From: Haliotis rubra
Taxonomy: Eukaryota
Reading direction: 5' to 3'
DNA length: 64,000 bases
Assembly: GCF_003918875.1 (NCBI RefSeq)
Contig: NW_025767460.1
Coordinates: 186,001 to 250,000 of the forward strand
Below the pieces are notes generated by a model that was not told where the DNA came from, did not search any database, and saw only the letters and a program-made list of their open reading frames with translations. Both the position numbers and the translations under genes were made by a program. Below, in pieces: positions 36,855 through 51,119 of this stretch; the first letter of the stretch is position 1, and each line of letters opens with the position of its first letter.

Positions 36855-39800
36855 CGGTGGGGTGTGTGGTCTAACTGTAGATGGGGTGAACCACTCACGA
36901 CATGGTCTAAGTGTAGATGGGGGGAACCACTCACGACATGGTCTAAGTGTAGATGAGGTGAGCCACTCACGACATTGCCTAACTGTAGATGAGGTGAGCC
37001 ACTCACGACATGGTCTAAGTGTAGATGGGGTGAGCCACTCACGACATGGTCTAAGTGTAGATGGGGTGAACCACTCACGACATGGTCTAAGTGTAGATGG
37101 GGTGAGCCACTCACGACATTGCCTAACTGTAGATGAGGTGAGCCACTCACGACATGGTCTAACTGTAGATGGGGTGAGCCACTCACGACATGGTCTAAGT
37201 GTAGATGAGGTGAACCACTCACGACATGGTCTAAGTGTAGATGGGGTGAGCCACTCACGACATGGCCTAACTGTAGATGAGGTGAGCCACTCACGACATG
37301 GTCTAAGTGTAGATGGGGTGAGCCACTCACAACATGGTCTAAGTGTAGATGGGGTGAGCCACTCACGACATGGTCTAAGTGTAGATGGGGTGAACCACTC
37401 ACGACATGGTCTAAGTGTAGATGAGGTGAGCCACTCACGACATTGCCTAACTGTAGATGAGGTGAGCCACTCACGACATGGTCTAACTGTAGATGGGGTG
37501 AGCCACTCACGACATGGTCTAAGTGTAGATGAGGTGAACCACTCACGACATGGTCTAAGTGTAGATGGGGTGAGCCACTCACGACATGGCCTAACTGTAG
37601 ATGAGGTGAGCCACTCACGACATGGTCTAAGTGTAGATGGGGTGAACCACTCACGACATGGTCTAAGTGTAGATGAGGTGAACCACTCACGACATGGTCT
37701 AAGTGTAGATGGGGTGAGCCACTCACAACATGGTCTAAGTGTAGATGGGGTGAGCCACTCACGACATGGTCTAAGTGTAGATGAGGTGAACCACTCACGA
37801 CATGGTCTAAGTGTAGATGGGGTGAGCCACTCACGACATGGCCTAACTGTAGATGAGGTGAACCACTCACGACATGGTCTAAGTGTAGATGGGGTGAGCC
37901 ACTCACGACATGGTCTAAGTGTAGATGGGGTGAACCACTCACGACATGGTCTAAGTGTAGATGGGGTGAGCCACTCACGACATGGCCTAACTGTAGATGA
38001 GGTGAACCACTCACGACATGGTCTAACTGTAGATGGGGTGAGCCACTCACGACATGGTCTAAGTGTAGATGAGGTGAACCACTCACGACATGGTCTAAGT
38101 ATAGATGGGGTGAATCACTCACGACATGGCCTAAGTGTAGATGTAGATGGGGGAACCACTCACGACATGGTCTAAGTGTAGATGGGGGAACCACTCACGA
38201 CATGGTCTAAGTGTAGATGGGGGAACCACTCACGACATGGTCTAAGTGTAGATGGGGTGAACCACTCACGACATGGTCTAAGTGTAGATGGGGGAACCAC
38301 TCACGACATGGTCTAAGTGTAGATGGGGGGAACCACTCACGACATGGTCTAAGTGTAGATGGGGGAACCACTCACGACATGGTCTAAGTGTAGATGGGGG
38401 GAACCACTCACGACATGGTCTAAGTGTAGATGGGGTGAACCACTCACGACATGGTCTAAGTGTAGATGGGGGGAACCACTCACGACATGGTCTAAGTGTA
38501 GATGATGGGGAACCACTCACGACATGGTCTAAGTGTAGATGGGGTGAACCACTCACGACATGGTCTAAGTGTAGATGGGGTGAGCCACTCACGACATGGC
38601 CTAACTGTAGATGAGGTGAACCACTCACGACATGGTCTAAGTGTAGATGGGGTGAACCACTCACGACATGGTCTAAGTGTAGATGGGGTGAACCACTCAC
38701 GACATGGTCTAAGTGTAGATGGGGGGAACCACTCACGACATGGTCTAAGTGTAGATGGGGTGAGCCACTCACGACATGGTCTAACTGTAGATGGGGTGAA
38801 CCACTCACGACATGGTCTAAGTGTAGATGGGGTGAGCCACTCACGACATGGTCTAAGTGTAGATGAGGTGAACCACTCACGACATGGTCTAAGTGTAGAT
38901 GGGGTGAGCCACTCACGACATGGTCTAAGTGTAGATGGGGTGAACCACTCACGACATGGTCTAAGTGTAGATGGGGTGAACCACTCACGACATGGTCTAA
39001 GTGTAGATGAGGTGAACCACTCACGACATGGTCTAAGTGTAGATGAGGTGAACCACTCACGACATGGTCTAAATGTAGATGGGGTGAGCCACTCACGACA
39101 TGGCCTAACTGTAGATGGGGTGAACCACTCACGACATGGTCTAAGTGTAGATGGGGGGAACCACTCACGACATGGTCTAAGTGTAGATGGGGGGAACCAC
39201 TCACGACATGGACTAAGTGTAGATGGGACATGGGAACCACTCACCTCACGACATGGTCTAAGTGTAGATGGGTGAACCACTCACGACATGGTCTAAGTGT
39301 AGATGGGGTGAACCACTCACGACATGGTCTAAGTGTAGATGGGGTGAACCACTCACGACATGGTCTAAGTGTAGATGGGGTGAACCACTCACGACATGGT
39401 CTAAGTGTAGATGGGGTGAACCACTCACGACATGGTCTAAGTGTAGATGAGGTGAACCACTCACGACATGGTCTAAGTGTAGATGGGGTGAACCACTCAC
39501 GACATGGTCTAAGTGTAGATGGGGTGAACCACTCACGACATGGTCTAAGTGTAGATGGGGTGAATCACTCACGACATGGTCTAAGTGTAGATGGGGTGAA
39601 CCACTCTTTGACATTGTCTAAGTGTAGATGGGGTGAACCACTCACGACATTGTCTAAGTGTAGATGGGGTGAACCACTCACGACATTGTCTAAGTGTAGA
39701 TGGGGTGAATCACTCACGACATGGTCTAAGTGTAGATGGGGTGAACCACTCACGACATTGTCTAAGTGTAGATGGGGTGAATCACTCACGACATGGTCTA

Positions 39801-40220
39801 AGTGTAGATGGGGTGAACCACTCACGACATTGTCTAAGTGTAGATGGGGTGAATCACTCACGACATGGTCTAAGTGTAGATGGGGTGAATCACTCACGAC
39901 ATTGTCTTACTGGGTATGGGGTGAATCACTCACGACATGGTCTAACTGGTGTGAGCCACTCCCAACATGGTCTAACTGGGTACGGATTGAACCACCCACG
40001 ACATGGTCTAACTGTAGATGGGGTGAACCACTCACGACATGGTCTAACTGTAGATGAGGTGAGCCACTCACGACATGGTCTAACTGGGTATGGGGTGAAC
40101 CACTCACGACGTGGGATAACTGGGTATGGGGCGAACCACTCACGACATGTTCTAACTGGGTATGGGGTGAACCAATCACGACATGTTCTAACTGGGTATG
40201 GGTTGAACCACTCACGACAT
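36855..40220. repeat. Minisatellite, 36-bp unit CATGGTCTAAGTGTAGATGGGGTGAACCACTCACGA
   Basis: About 93 units. Confidence 0.97.
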
Positions 40221-40221
40221 G

Positions 40222-40560
40222 TGTGTCTCATGCGATGAGGTTTTCACCATCAAGCATATTCTTCTTGAATGCGTGGACTTATCGTCTGCAACGGACTCAC
40301 ATTATGATGCAACAAACCTGAAAGATCTGTTCTCCCGCGTGAGCGCTCATCTTATAGTCAAGTACCTGAGGGAAGTTGATCTGTATCATAAATTGTAACT
40401 GTGAAATGTGAATAACGACTTTCCTGCCTTTAAATTTGGTGCTATGACTTATTCTGCTTTTAAATGAATATATGTTTTTGAAATAAAACTCATTTGAGTA
40501 TGTATGACTTTTCTCGCTATTTTAAATGACGAATATATGTATGGGGTTTGAAATGAAAAT
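40222..40560 (+). mobile_element. 3' end of an I/Nimb-group LINE (C-terminal CCHC knuckle) plus 3' UTR
   Basis: 40222-40398 translates CVSCDEVFTIKHILLECVDL...KDLFSRVSAHLIVKYLREVDLYHKL*. The CxxC..T..H.L..C motif is typical of ORF2 C-termini. Confidence 0.75.
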
Positions 40561-42429
40561 GCGTGGTCTAACTGGGTATGGTATAAGTGGAGGCGGTTGT
40601 TGGGCGACAATGTAGTGTGTGTGGAAGTGAGCCCCATTCAGTTGTGTTATAAACATTGGATCTGTTCAGGATGGGTCTGAGGTTGGAAATGATCGCCTGG
40701 CAGTAAAGATAAGATAATCTGGCGTTATCCCCGGATCCAGTCAGTTGCCTCTGGTCCCAGAATTCCGTGTTGATCAGATACACAATAACACCTCTGTGTG
40801 AATCAACAAGACCACTTGTAGCTTCATACACTACATTATTGACAGACAATATAAATACCAGCCTTACAGTGATGACACGTTGGTGTGTAAATACAGACGC
40901 CAGGGCCACATAACCGGAGGTTGATAGCATGAGCACGGGGGCAGCGTGACACAGCTCCGTCAAACATTGTGACTCCACAGATGTCCTGCTGTGCGCTAAG
41001 CTCTCAGACAGTATTTGGAACCCACTAGATAGGCTTGTTGTATCTGCTGGCCATGGAGCTCTCTCCCTTGTGTATCTGCTGACACCGTTGTACGTCTCAA
41101 GTCTGTGTTATAATGCTGGCGGGTGATTGAACTGATTTTACAAGCGAAGTAACACCGATGTCAACGTGTAGGTGCTGCAGTGTTGACGACTATCGCCAGC
41201 AGTCTGGCGGAAACCCAATACCAGTTTTTGAAGAAGGTCATATTTATCTTGGCGGCTACAGCCTTTCTACCAGAAAGGGTATTAAGCAGGAATCGGAATC
41301 TTTGAAGTATTTGAATGTATTTTTGCTTAACTTACAATATGTTGACAAAGCCTTTAAAGGGGAGACCATGTTACTTGATAACATCGCGATTGAGTTGAAC
41401 CACATCGAGACAATTTACCTTTTAGATATTATAATACAACATATGTTATACTAGCTGACGGGGAGAATTAGCCAATGACATCCTTATTTATAATTAATAG
41501 GTTTTATGAAAAGAAAGTCAAAACGTGGCTGCTGCTGTACACATGTCGAGCTCGTGTTGGTTTTATACAGAACTTTAAAATATATCTGACATTTACAGCT
41601 TTGCTATATGTGTCATAATGTCAACAAACAATCCTGCTTCTAAGGCAATAAGCTGATGTCACTGGATACCACGCGTCCGATTTAATAACGTTGCGTTTGC
41701 CCCATGCATGGAGTTCGCTGTGAGAAGGAGAACGTGTATGTGAATTGCACACTCATTCATAACACGTTGTGTGATTACACACTCAGTTTGCATGAGAATG
41801 AAGAAGATGCTGAAGTCACTCTTAAAACATACACAAGGATCCAGTTCTACAGCTTGTCAAAAGAAAACTAAACATCTTCTGCAGTAGATTATTTGGATGT
41901 TGAGTGGCCTTGTCACATCGCCATATGGCTGATCCTCCTCCGTCTGTTTACGTTGGCCACCCGTTTTGTGTGTTTGTGTTTTTGATACTTTGCTGATGAC
42001 CGAAACATCTATGGAATCTGAAAGAAACTGTAAGCTCCTTATAAGTGAGATGTTTTGTCAAAGAAACATTTTTTTCAAAACATCTTTCATAATCGTGTTG
42101 TGATATGCAGCATTTCCAGCCGACGTGAATCGTGCAGGCGCATGATGTATATGTCATCACGAATGTGTGCTCGACACTGTTAGGGCGGCTTCGCTACTTT
42201 ATGACGCAAGCTTATCTTTATATGCTTGTAAATGCACAAGCCAGAGGTGACTCTGCACTTTTTACCATGGGTACCACGTATCCAGATAGTGCCCTCTCCT
42301 TGCTGGAAATGGGGCCTCATGCCTTTATTATGTGTTTATATGTAAGGAAAAATACGATTTTACAACTTATCAGTGTATTCCTGTGCAGATATATCAAGCC
42401 CAGTCACCTACTTGCTGGTTTTATTTAGC

Positions 42430-43780
42430 CAGGGCACAGTTAAATTGCTACATCGAGGACACTGTTACAACACCCAGGGCACTGTTGTAACATGGCAGGA
42501 GTCAGGGCGCTGTTGTCACAGACAGGGCACTGTTGTATCAACCAGGGCACTATTGTAACAGTCAGGGCGCTGTTGTAACAGACAGGGCACTATTGTATCA
42601 ACCAAGGCACTTTTGTAACAGACAGGGCACTGTTGTAACAGTCAGGGCACTATTGTAACAGTCAGGGCACTATTGTAACAGTCAGGGCACTATTGTGACA
42701 GTCAGGGCACTATTGTAACAGTCAGGGCGCTGTTATAACAGTCCGGGCACTATTGTATCATCCAGGGCGTTGTTGTAACAGTCAGGGCACTATTGCAACA
42801 GTCAGGACACTATTGTAACAGTCAGGACACTATTGTAACAGTCAGGGCACTGTTGTCACAGTCAGGGCACTATTGTATCATCCAGGGCGTTGTTATAACA
42901 GTCAGGGCACTATTGCAACAGTCAGGACACTATTGTAACAGTCAGGACACTATTGTAACAGTCAGGACACTATTGTGCAACAGTCAGGACACTATTGCAA
43001 CAGTCAGGGCACTATTGTAACAGCTGTTGTAACAGACAGGGCACTTTTGTATCAACCAAGGCACTTTTGTAACAGACAGGGCACTGTTGTAACAGTCAGG
43101 GCGCTGTTATAACAGTCAGGGCACTATTGTAACAGTCAGGGCACTATTGTAACAGTCAGGGCACTATTGTGACAGTCAGGGCACTATTGTAACAGTCAGG
43201 GCACTATTGTAACAGTCAGGACGCTGTTATAACAGTCCGGGCACTATTGTATCATCCAGGGCGTTGTTGTAACAGTCAGGGCACTATTGCAACAGTCAGG
43301 ACACTATTGTAACAGTCAGGGCACTATTGTAACAGTCAGGGAACTATTGCAACAGTCAGGACACTATTGTAACAGTCAGGACACTATTATAACAGTCAGG
43401 ACACTATTGTAACAGTCAGGGCACTATTGTAACAGTCAGGACACTATTGTAACAGTCAGGGCACTATTGCAACAGTCAGGACACTGTTGTCACAGTCAGG
43501 GCACTATTGTAACAGTCAGGACACTATTGTAACAGTCAAGGAACTATTGAAACAGGGCGCTGTTATATCAGTCAGGGCGGTGTTGTAACCGTCAGGGCAC
43601 TATTGTATCAACCAGGCACTATTGTAACTGTCAGGGCACTATTGTAGCAGTCAGGGCACTATTGTAACAGTCAGGGCACTATTGTAAGAATCAGGACACT
43701 ATTGTAAGAATCAAGGCACTATTACAACAGTCAGGGCGCTATTGTAACAATCAGGGCACTGTTGTAACCGTGAGGGCGCA
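42430..43780. repeat. Minisatellite, 20-bp unit CAGTCAGGGCACTATTGTAA
   Basis: About 67 units. Confidence 0.96.
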
Positions 43781-44482
43781 ATTGCAAGTCAGACTTTGAA
43801 CACTGTTCACACGCAAGAGCTCACACAGTAGACACGTGTCTTCTCTTTGAGCGTTTATTACATATGGTGGCCATAGGCTATTTGATGGTAGATTTGACCA
43901 CGGCAGTTCAGCAGATGTTTGTTCCATAGTGTGGCCATCTAAGGTCTGCGTCAGTTGGGACTCCGGCATCAAACTGCCCCAATATAACTGGAATACTGTT
44001 CAAAGCAGCGTTAAACCAGTGTGTAGATGATGGAGTGATATCGACTGTACCTACAATCTACACACAAGAATGTAGATCATGCGGACCTCCAGATTCCCCT
44101 GCTGCCTCTCGTCGCCCGTGTTTACTGAGGTTAAGACCGGGGATTCATTTTAGGAAGCGCCGTGCCTGTTTCACGCAACAGCGTGACGAAATTAGCATTG
44201 TTTGAAATCTCGTTGATAGCCTGTTCTTACCAGCTGTAGTAGTGGAAGGAAGCTTCTTCGTCAGGACTTGGACTTCTGACAGACGGTGGGGAAACGGTTC
44301 CTTCCACACTAAGGAGAAACGTCAGGCAGATCGTGCAGTGTGATTGATAGGTGCTAGAAGTGTCTGTTGCTCCAGCACCAGGCTGTCCACATTTGGAGGC
44401 AACACTGGGGAAAAGAAGCATTTACAATTGAAATAGGAAATATATCTGATGATATCTACTGGCCATGTAGTCAATACACTCG

Positions 44483-46215
44483 GGTGACAGTGCCTCTGTA
44501 TACAAACAGGTGACAGTGCCTCTGTATACATACAGGCAACAGTGTCTCTGTATACATGCAGGTGACAGTGCCTCTGTATAAAAACAGGTGACAGTGCCTC
44601 TGTAAACATACAGGTGACAGTGCCTCTGTATAAAAACAAATGACAGTGCCTCTGTATACATACAGGTGACAGTGCCTCTGTATACATACAGGTGACAGTG
44701 CCTCTGTATAAAAACAGATGACAGTGCCTCTGTATAAAAACAGATGACAGTGCCTCTGTATAAAAACAGATGACAGTGCCTCTGTATACATACAGGTGAC
44801 AGTGCCTCTGTAAACATACAGGTGACAGTGCCTCTGTATACATACAGGTGACAGTGCCTCTGTAAACATACAGGTGACAGTGCCTCTGTAAACAGATGAC
44901 AGTGCTCTGTATAAAAACAGGTGACAGTGCCTCTGTATACATACAGGTGACAGTGCCTCTGTATACATACAGGTGACAGTGCCTCTGTAAACATACAGGT
45001 GACAGTGCCTCTGTATAAAAACAGATGACAGTGCCTCTGTATAAAAACAGGTGACAGTGCCTCTGTATAAAAACAGATGACAGTGCCTCTGTATACAAAC
45101 AGGTGACAGTGCCTCTGTATACATACAGGTGACAGTGCCTCTGTATACAGGTGACAGTGCCTCTGTATACACAGGTGACAGTGCCTCTGTAAACATACAG
45201 GTGACAGTGCCTCTGTATACAAAACAGGTGACAGTGCCTCTGTATACAAACAGGTGACAGTGCCTCTGTATAAAAACAGATGACAGTGCCTCTGTATACA
45301 AACAGGTGACAGTGCCTCTGTATACATACAGGTGACAGTGCCTCTGTATACAAACAGGTGACAGTGCCTCTGTATACAAACAGGTGACAGTGCCTCTGTA
45401 TACAAACAGGTGACAGTGCCTCTGTATACAAACAGGTGACAGTGCCTCTGTATACATACAGGTGACAGTGCCTCTGTATACAAAACAGGTGACAGTGCCT
45501 CTGTATACAAACAGGTGACAGTGCCTCTGTATACATACAGGTGACAGTGTCTCTGTATACAAACAGGTGACAGTGCCTCTGTATACATACAGGTGACAGT
45601 GCCTCTGTATACATACAGGTGACAGTGCCTCTGTATACAAACAGATGACAGTGCCTCTGTATACATACAGGTGACAGTGCCTCTGTATACATACAGGTGA
45701 CAGTGCCTCTGTATACATACAGGTGACAGTGCCTCTGTATACAAACAGATGACAGTGCCTCTGTATACAAACAGGTGACAGTGCCTCTGTATATAAACAG
45801 GTGACAGTGCCTCTGTATACAAACAGGTGACAGTGCCTCTGTATACAAACAGGTGACAGTGCCTCTGTATACATGCAGATGACAGTGCCTCTGTAAACAT
45901 ACAGGTGACAGTGCCTCTATATACAAACAGGTGACAGTGCCTCTGTAAACATACAGGTGACAGTACCTCTGTATACATACAGGTGACATTGCCTCTGTAT
46001 ACAAACAGGTGACAGTGCCTCTGTATATAAACAGGTGACAGTGCCTCTGTATAAAAACAGATGACAGTGCCTCTGTATACAAACAGGTGACAGTGCCTCT
46101 GTATACAAACAGGCGACAGTGCATCTGTAAACATACAGGTGACAGTGCCTCTGTATACATACAGGTGACAGTGTCTCTGTACATACACGTGACAGTGTCT
46201 CTGTATAAAAACGGG
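44483..46215. repeat. Minisatellite, 26-bp unit ACAGGTGACAGTGCCTCTGTATACAT
   Basis: About 66 units. Confidence 0.97.
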
Positions 46216-46346
46216 TGACTGGAGAAATGAAGTATCTCTAATTGAAATAACAAATATGTCTGATGGTATCTACTGACCATGTAGTCAATACACTCGGGTG
46301 ACAGTGCCTTGTGATGCATACCGTTGACAGTGTCTCTGTATATATA

Positions 46347-47553
46347 TAGTATGACCAGAAATATTTGAGAATTTTAGGAATATGTTTTATTGGATTTCTA
46401 GTATAAACAACCTTGACCAGCCATCAAGTGCTTTATTCATTCAAGAGAGACAACTCCGTTAATCCTTTTTCATTAGTTTGTGAAGAGTTATCCCCCTTTG
46501 TTTACTTGCTGGCAGACGACATTTTCAGTGATCCTCAGTATGGATGATTTAGAGAAGAGGAAGTTGATTTTAGAGTATTATAACAAGGATATCAGATCAG
46601 CTAAAGTGATTTCAAGTAGAACAGGCATCCCTTTGTCCACTGTTTATCGTGTTTTGGAAAATATTGCAAATGGATATGGCATTGAGCACCAGGGAGGCGC
46701 AGGTAGGCCCAGAAAATTGACTGTTGGTGACAGGAGGCGGATTGGTATTCTTGTTTCTAAAAACAAACGAAGGACTGGATAGGTTTGATAAAGGAGCTGT
46801 GGCTGTCTGTAAGGAGACAATTTGAACTGAGCTGCATGCAATGTGTTGGCAGAAAAGTCGAGGAATTCCATCACCGATCATGAAACCTGAACAAAAGGAG
46901 CGAAGGTTGAACTGGTGCTTACAGGATAGAAATTTTAACTGGGACAAAAACCTTTGTATCAGCGCCCAAAGTACAGTTCGAAATTGAACGTGTGGGGTGG
47001 CATATCTGTGTTAGGGCAACGCCCCTCTGTGTATTTGAAGGGAATATGAACAGTGAGCGGTACACAGATATTCTCGAGGGACATTTACTTCCATCTGCTC
47101 ACGTGTTCTATGGAAAGTTTTGGATTTTTCAGCAGGACAACGACCCAAAACATCTTTCAAAGCATTCACAGGCCTGGTTTTGGTCCAAAAATATGACATT
47201 ATTAGATTGGCCAAGCTATAGCCCTGAACTAAATCCAATAGAAAATGTTTGGGGACTTATGAAGGAAAGTGTCAATAAGAAAAATCTGACAAATATTGCT
47301 GAAATGAAAGAAGAGGTGGTCCGATATTCGGACAGCAGGGATCGCGACTTTCTAACTTCTTTGATCAGTAGTATGCTCCGCCGCATTGAAGCCTGCATTG
47401 CTGCCCATGGTGACTTGACAAAATACTAACTGTTCACCTGTCTTTGAATCTGGAGTTATGTTCTACTAATATTCACATTTAATACGTGAGTAATGAGTGC
47501 AAAAATAAAAGAAATTACAATCTTTAAATTCTCAATAATTTCTGGTTGTACTG
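46347..47553 (+). mobile_element. Tc1/mariner-superfamily DNA transposon (Tc1, DD34E), decayed
   Basis: Imperfect TIRs of about 30 bp: TAGTATGACCAGAAATATTTGAGAATTTTA versus the reverse complement of TTTAAATTCTCAATAATTTCTGGTTGTACTG. The left end abuts a TA run; the right flank reads TT. Transposase remnants lie inside. Confidence 0.93.
46540..47429 (+). pseudogene. Tc1-like transposase pseudogene
   Basis: N-terminal HTH (IPLSTVYRVL) with GRPRKLT, then RLNWC, VWGGIS, and FQQDNDPKH...WPSYSPELNPIENVW with 34 residues between D and E. It has a stop at 46780, frameshifts, and a deletion of the first catalytic-Asp segment. Confidence 0.93.
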
Positions 47554-47659
47554 TTCAAATGATATTGTTTCTGTATACTGACAGTGGTCCCTGTATACAT
47601 ACTGTTGACATTACCTCTGTATACGTACGAGTGACCCTGGACTCCCTTACAAGGTTACT

Positions 47660-47746
47660 ACTTCACTTTTTATTGTATAAATTGTTTTCGTCACGATATG
47701 GCTGAGATATTGCCGATGTGACGTTAAATATTAACTCACTCACTCA
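47660..47746 (+). mobile_element. 5'-truncated SINE/LINE 3' end with (CACT)n tail
   Basis: GATATGGCTGAGATATTGCCGATGTGACGTTAAA...CTCACTCACTCAC resembles the 3' end of the 34103 SINE. It has a perfect 14-bp TSD CTTACAAGGTTACT (47646-47659 / 47747-47760). Confidence 0.8.
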
Positions 47747-48346
47747 CTTACAAGGTTACTTTTCCTGCATATCAATGAGGGATGTATGTATACACATTTA
47801 CCATAATGATTCCGTGGCGTCGTGTCTGTAGATATGGGGCGTATACACTGCCTCGTGGTGCATGTATACACAAGCTACTGTGCTGTCTGTTTTCATGCGC
47901 TTCCATGGGCCTCCAACGAAGGAGAAGTAGGGTTACTCGGAAGGGTCTTCAGATGACCCAAACTATCTGACCAAACCCGCAGAAATATGGCCACAAGTAC
48001 TTCCAGTGGTTGGTGGAACGTTCATCTTGTCAGGGAAGTATTTAGATGGCCCCATTACGCTGCTGGCGGCATGTGTTAGATCTATGTGGCTCCCAGGCAG
48101 TTCCAGCAGCACTGGTGACGAGAAACGCAAGATGTAGTCAGGACGGTAGAAGACAGCGCTAGAGAAAGTAGATAAAATTAGATAATGTTTTCAGGATATC
48201 TGTTTATATCATTTAACCTTGCAGCAAAATGACACGAGACACTTTTTGAAGCTGCCCAGATAGAGTGGTGCCCCTCGGAAGGGGCGAGTTAAAGGATCGG
48301 CTGGGGGACTTTACTGACCGCTGTTGTCATACCCTGCATAACATCT

Positions 48347-49518
48347 GTGATATATCTACAACCATCATATATCAACAACCATCATATATCTACAACCATC
48401 ATACATCTACAACCATCATATATCTACAACCATCATACAATATACAACAATGATATATCTACAACCATCATATATCTACAACCATCATACATCTACAACC
48501 ATCATATATCTACAATCATCATATATATACAACAATGATATATCTACAACCATCATATATCTACAACCATCATATATCTACAACCATCATACATCTACAA
48601 CAACCATCATATATCTACAACCATCATATATCTACAACCATCATATGTATACAACAATGATATATCTACAACCATCATATATATACAACCATCATATATC
48701 TACAACCATCATATATCTACAACCATCATATATCAACAGCCATCATATATCTACAACCATCACATATGTACACCCATGATATATCTACAACCATCATATA
48801 TCTACAACCATCATATATCTACAACCATCATATATCTACAACTATAATATATTTACAACCATCATATATCTACAACCATCATATATCTACAACCATCATA
48901 TATCAACAACCATCATATATCTACAACCATCACATATCTACACCCATGATATATCTACAACCATCATATATCTACAACCATCATATATCTACAACCATCA
49001 TATATCTACAACCATGATATATCTACAACCATCATATATCTACAACCATCATATATCAACAGCCATCATATATCTACAACCATCATATATCTAGAACCAT
49101 CATATATCTACACCCATGATATATCAACAACCATCATATATCAACAGCCATGATATATCTATCACCATCATATATCTACAACCCTGATATATCTACAACC
49201 CTGATATATCTACAACCCTGATATATCTACAACCCTGATATAAACCCTGATATATCTACAACCCTGATATATCTACAACCCTGATATATCTACAACCATC
49301 ATACATCAACAACCATGATACATCTACAACCATCATATATCTACACCCATGATATATCAACAACCATCATATATCAACAGCCATGATATATCTATCACCA
49401 TCATATATCTACAACCCTGATATATCTACAACCCTGATATATCTACAACCATGTTATATCTACAACCCTGATATATCTACAACCATCATATATCTACACC
49501 AATGATATATCTACAACC
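48347..49518. repeat. Minisatellite, 17-bp unit ATATCTACAACCATCAT
   Basis: Tandem units; a CCCTGAT variant appears toward the 3' end. Confidence 0.96.
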
Positions 49519-50320
49519 AGCCTTCATACCCACGGTGTCAAACAAACAATAAAACAACCTGGTTTGCGTTTTTCAATCCCCTAACGAAATGGTATTGTAA
49601 ATGAGACAAATGCTTGATGTCGACGGTGATTACACACTGGAGTTGCTTTCACCTAACGTGTATTATAAGTATAACTACTAGCCATCGATGTATGGCTAAA
49701 CAAAACTTATGTGGACTGTAGTCTTTAAATAACACAAGGGAATGATGGGGCACAATATAGAGAATGGTTAGTTTGGCAGCCAAGCTTCCGCTCTTATGGG
49801 CACGGGGCACACGTCAGTATCATTTCCCGCAATTATTGTATGACCTTTTATTGGTGTTCATTATGGCATTGACCGGCATACGGGTGGTCAGTCTGGCACA
49901 TGTGTGGACAATGGACAAACAAGCCCGTGTTTAATAGCAGCTGTTTGCACGTATTCATTTCACCACCCTCTTCACCACGGTTTGATCTTGGTTGACGAGG
50001 AGTCGCGGGCGCACGTTAACACTCCCAAGTGCAATACAAGACTCGTCTGTGAACGTGGGTAATTGTCCAGAATTTATGGTCAAGGATCATTTGAAGATGT
50101 CCGCTTTATGGCGTTGTGTCCATAAACCTCTCCTCAACTCCGGACAGTTACAAGGCAAAATGGCAATGAATATATATTTTGTAATGACACGGGCATGAAA
50201 CTAAACTTAAAGAAGTCTTAATTTATACTCTTTGTAGCAATGATGACCCGTACTTATGAAAACTGGTTAGAATGAAACTGCATCCTTCTATAGATGACTG
50301 GGACTCTTCCTCCTGAATCC

Positions 50321-51020
50321 AGGAACTTTGCCCACAGAAACTTTGTCCACAAGGAACTTTCCCCACAGGAACTTTGACCAAAACAATTTTTACAGGGGAG
50401 GAACTTTGCCCACAATATAAATTTTAATACTCACCCACCTTAATACCCTGCTCAGGATGTGTTATTTATAAAAGAGATTAAACATTAATTGCACTCCACC
50501 ATGGCTTCTCTGCTTGTTGGCATTTCTTTTTCTAATTACAATAAACACTTACCTTACTACTCACCCACCTTAATGCCCTGCTCACGAATATGTTGTTTTT
50601 GAACTTCACCAAAGCTTGACAAAGTAAATAAGGTTGTTTACAGATTTACATAGCATTACAAGATCGAAATTATAAGACATATCTCATTTTCAACTAACAA
50701 TGTGCTATATTATATGCTATTTCGGTGTAGTTTAATAAAATAAAATAATATCATTTATATCATGTTGTATTATTATTGTGGGCAAAGTTCCTTGTGGGCA
50801 AAGTTCCTGTGGGCAAAGTTCCTTGTGGGCAAAGTTCCTGTGGGCAAAGTTCTTTGTGGGCAAAGTTCCTGTGGGCAAAGTTCCTTGTGGGCAAAGTTCC
50901 TGTGGGCAAAGTTCCTTGTGGGCAAAGTTCCTGTGGGCAAAGTTCCTGTGGGCAAAGTTCCTTGTGGGCAAAGTTCCTTGTTGGCAAAGTTCCTGTGGGT
51001 AAAGTTCCGTACACCCTCCC
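50321..51020. mobile_element. Foldback-like element with inverted arrays of a 15/16-bp unit
   Basis: GGAACTTTGCCCACA copies at 50321-50417 face about 15 reverse-complement copies (TGTGGGCAAAGTTCC) at 50776-51009 across an AT-rich spacer. Confidence 0.7.
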
Positions 51021-51119
51021 TACCAAAACCGTATGGAGTATATCCCAAACATGTTTGGGTCAAAAGCAATTAGAGCGATTCTTGTCTGTAAATGTTTTTG
51101 ACAAAAATGTTTGTAATTC

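Noticed and set aside
36851-40238. His-rich ORFs of 260-447 aa (HLHLDHVVSGSP / NHSRHGLSVDG)
   Set aside because: A 36-bp unit divisible by 3 explains them; they are open on both strands and intronic.
44322-46319. 665-aa and 588-aa Cys-rich minus-strand ORFs
   Set aside because: They come from a stop-free 26-bp satellite cycling through all frames.
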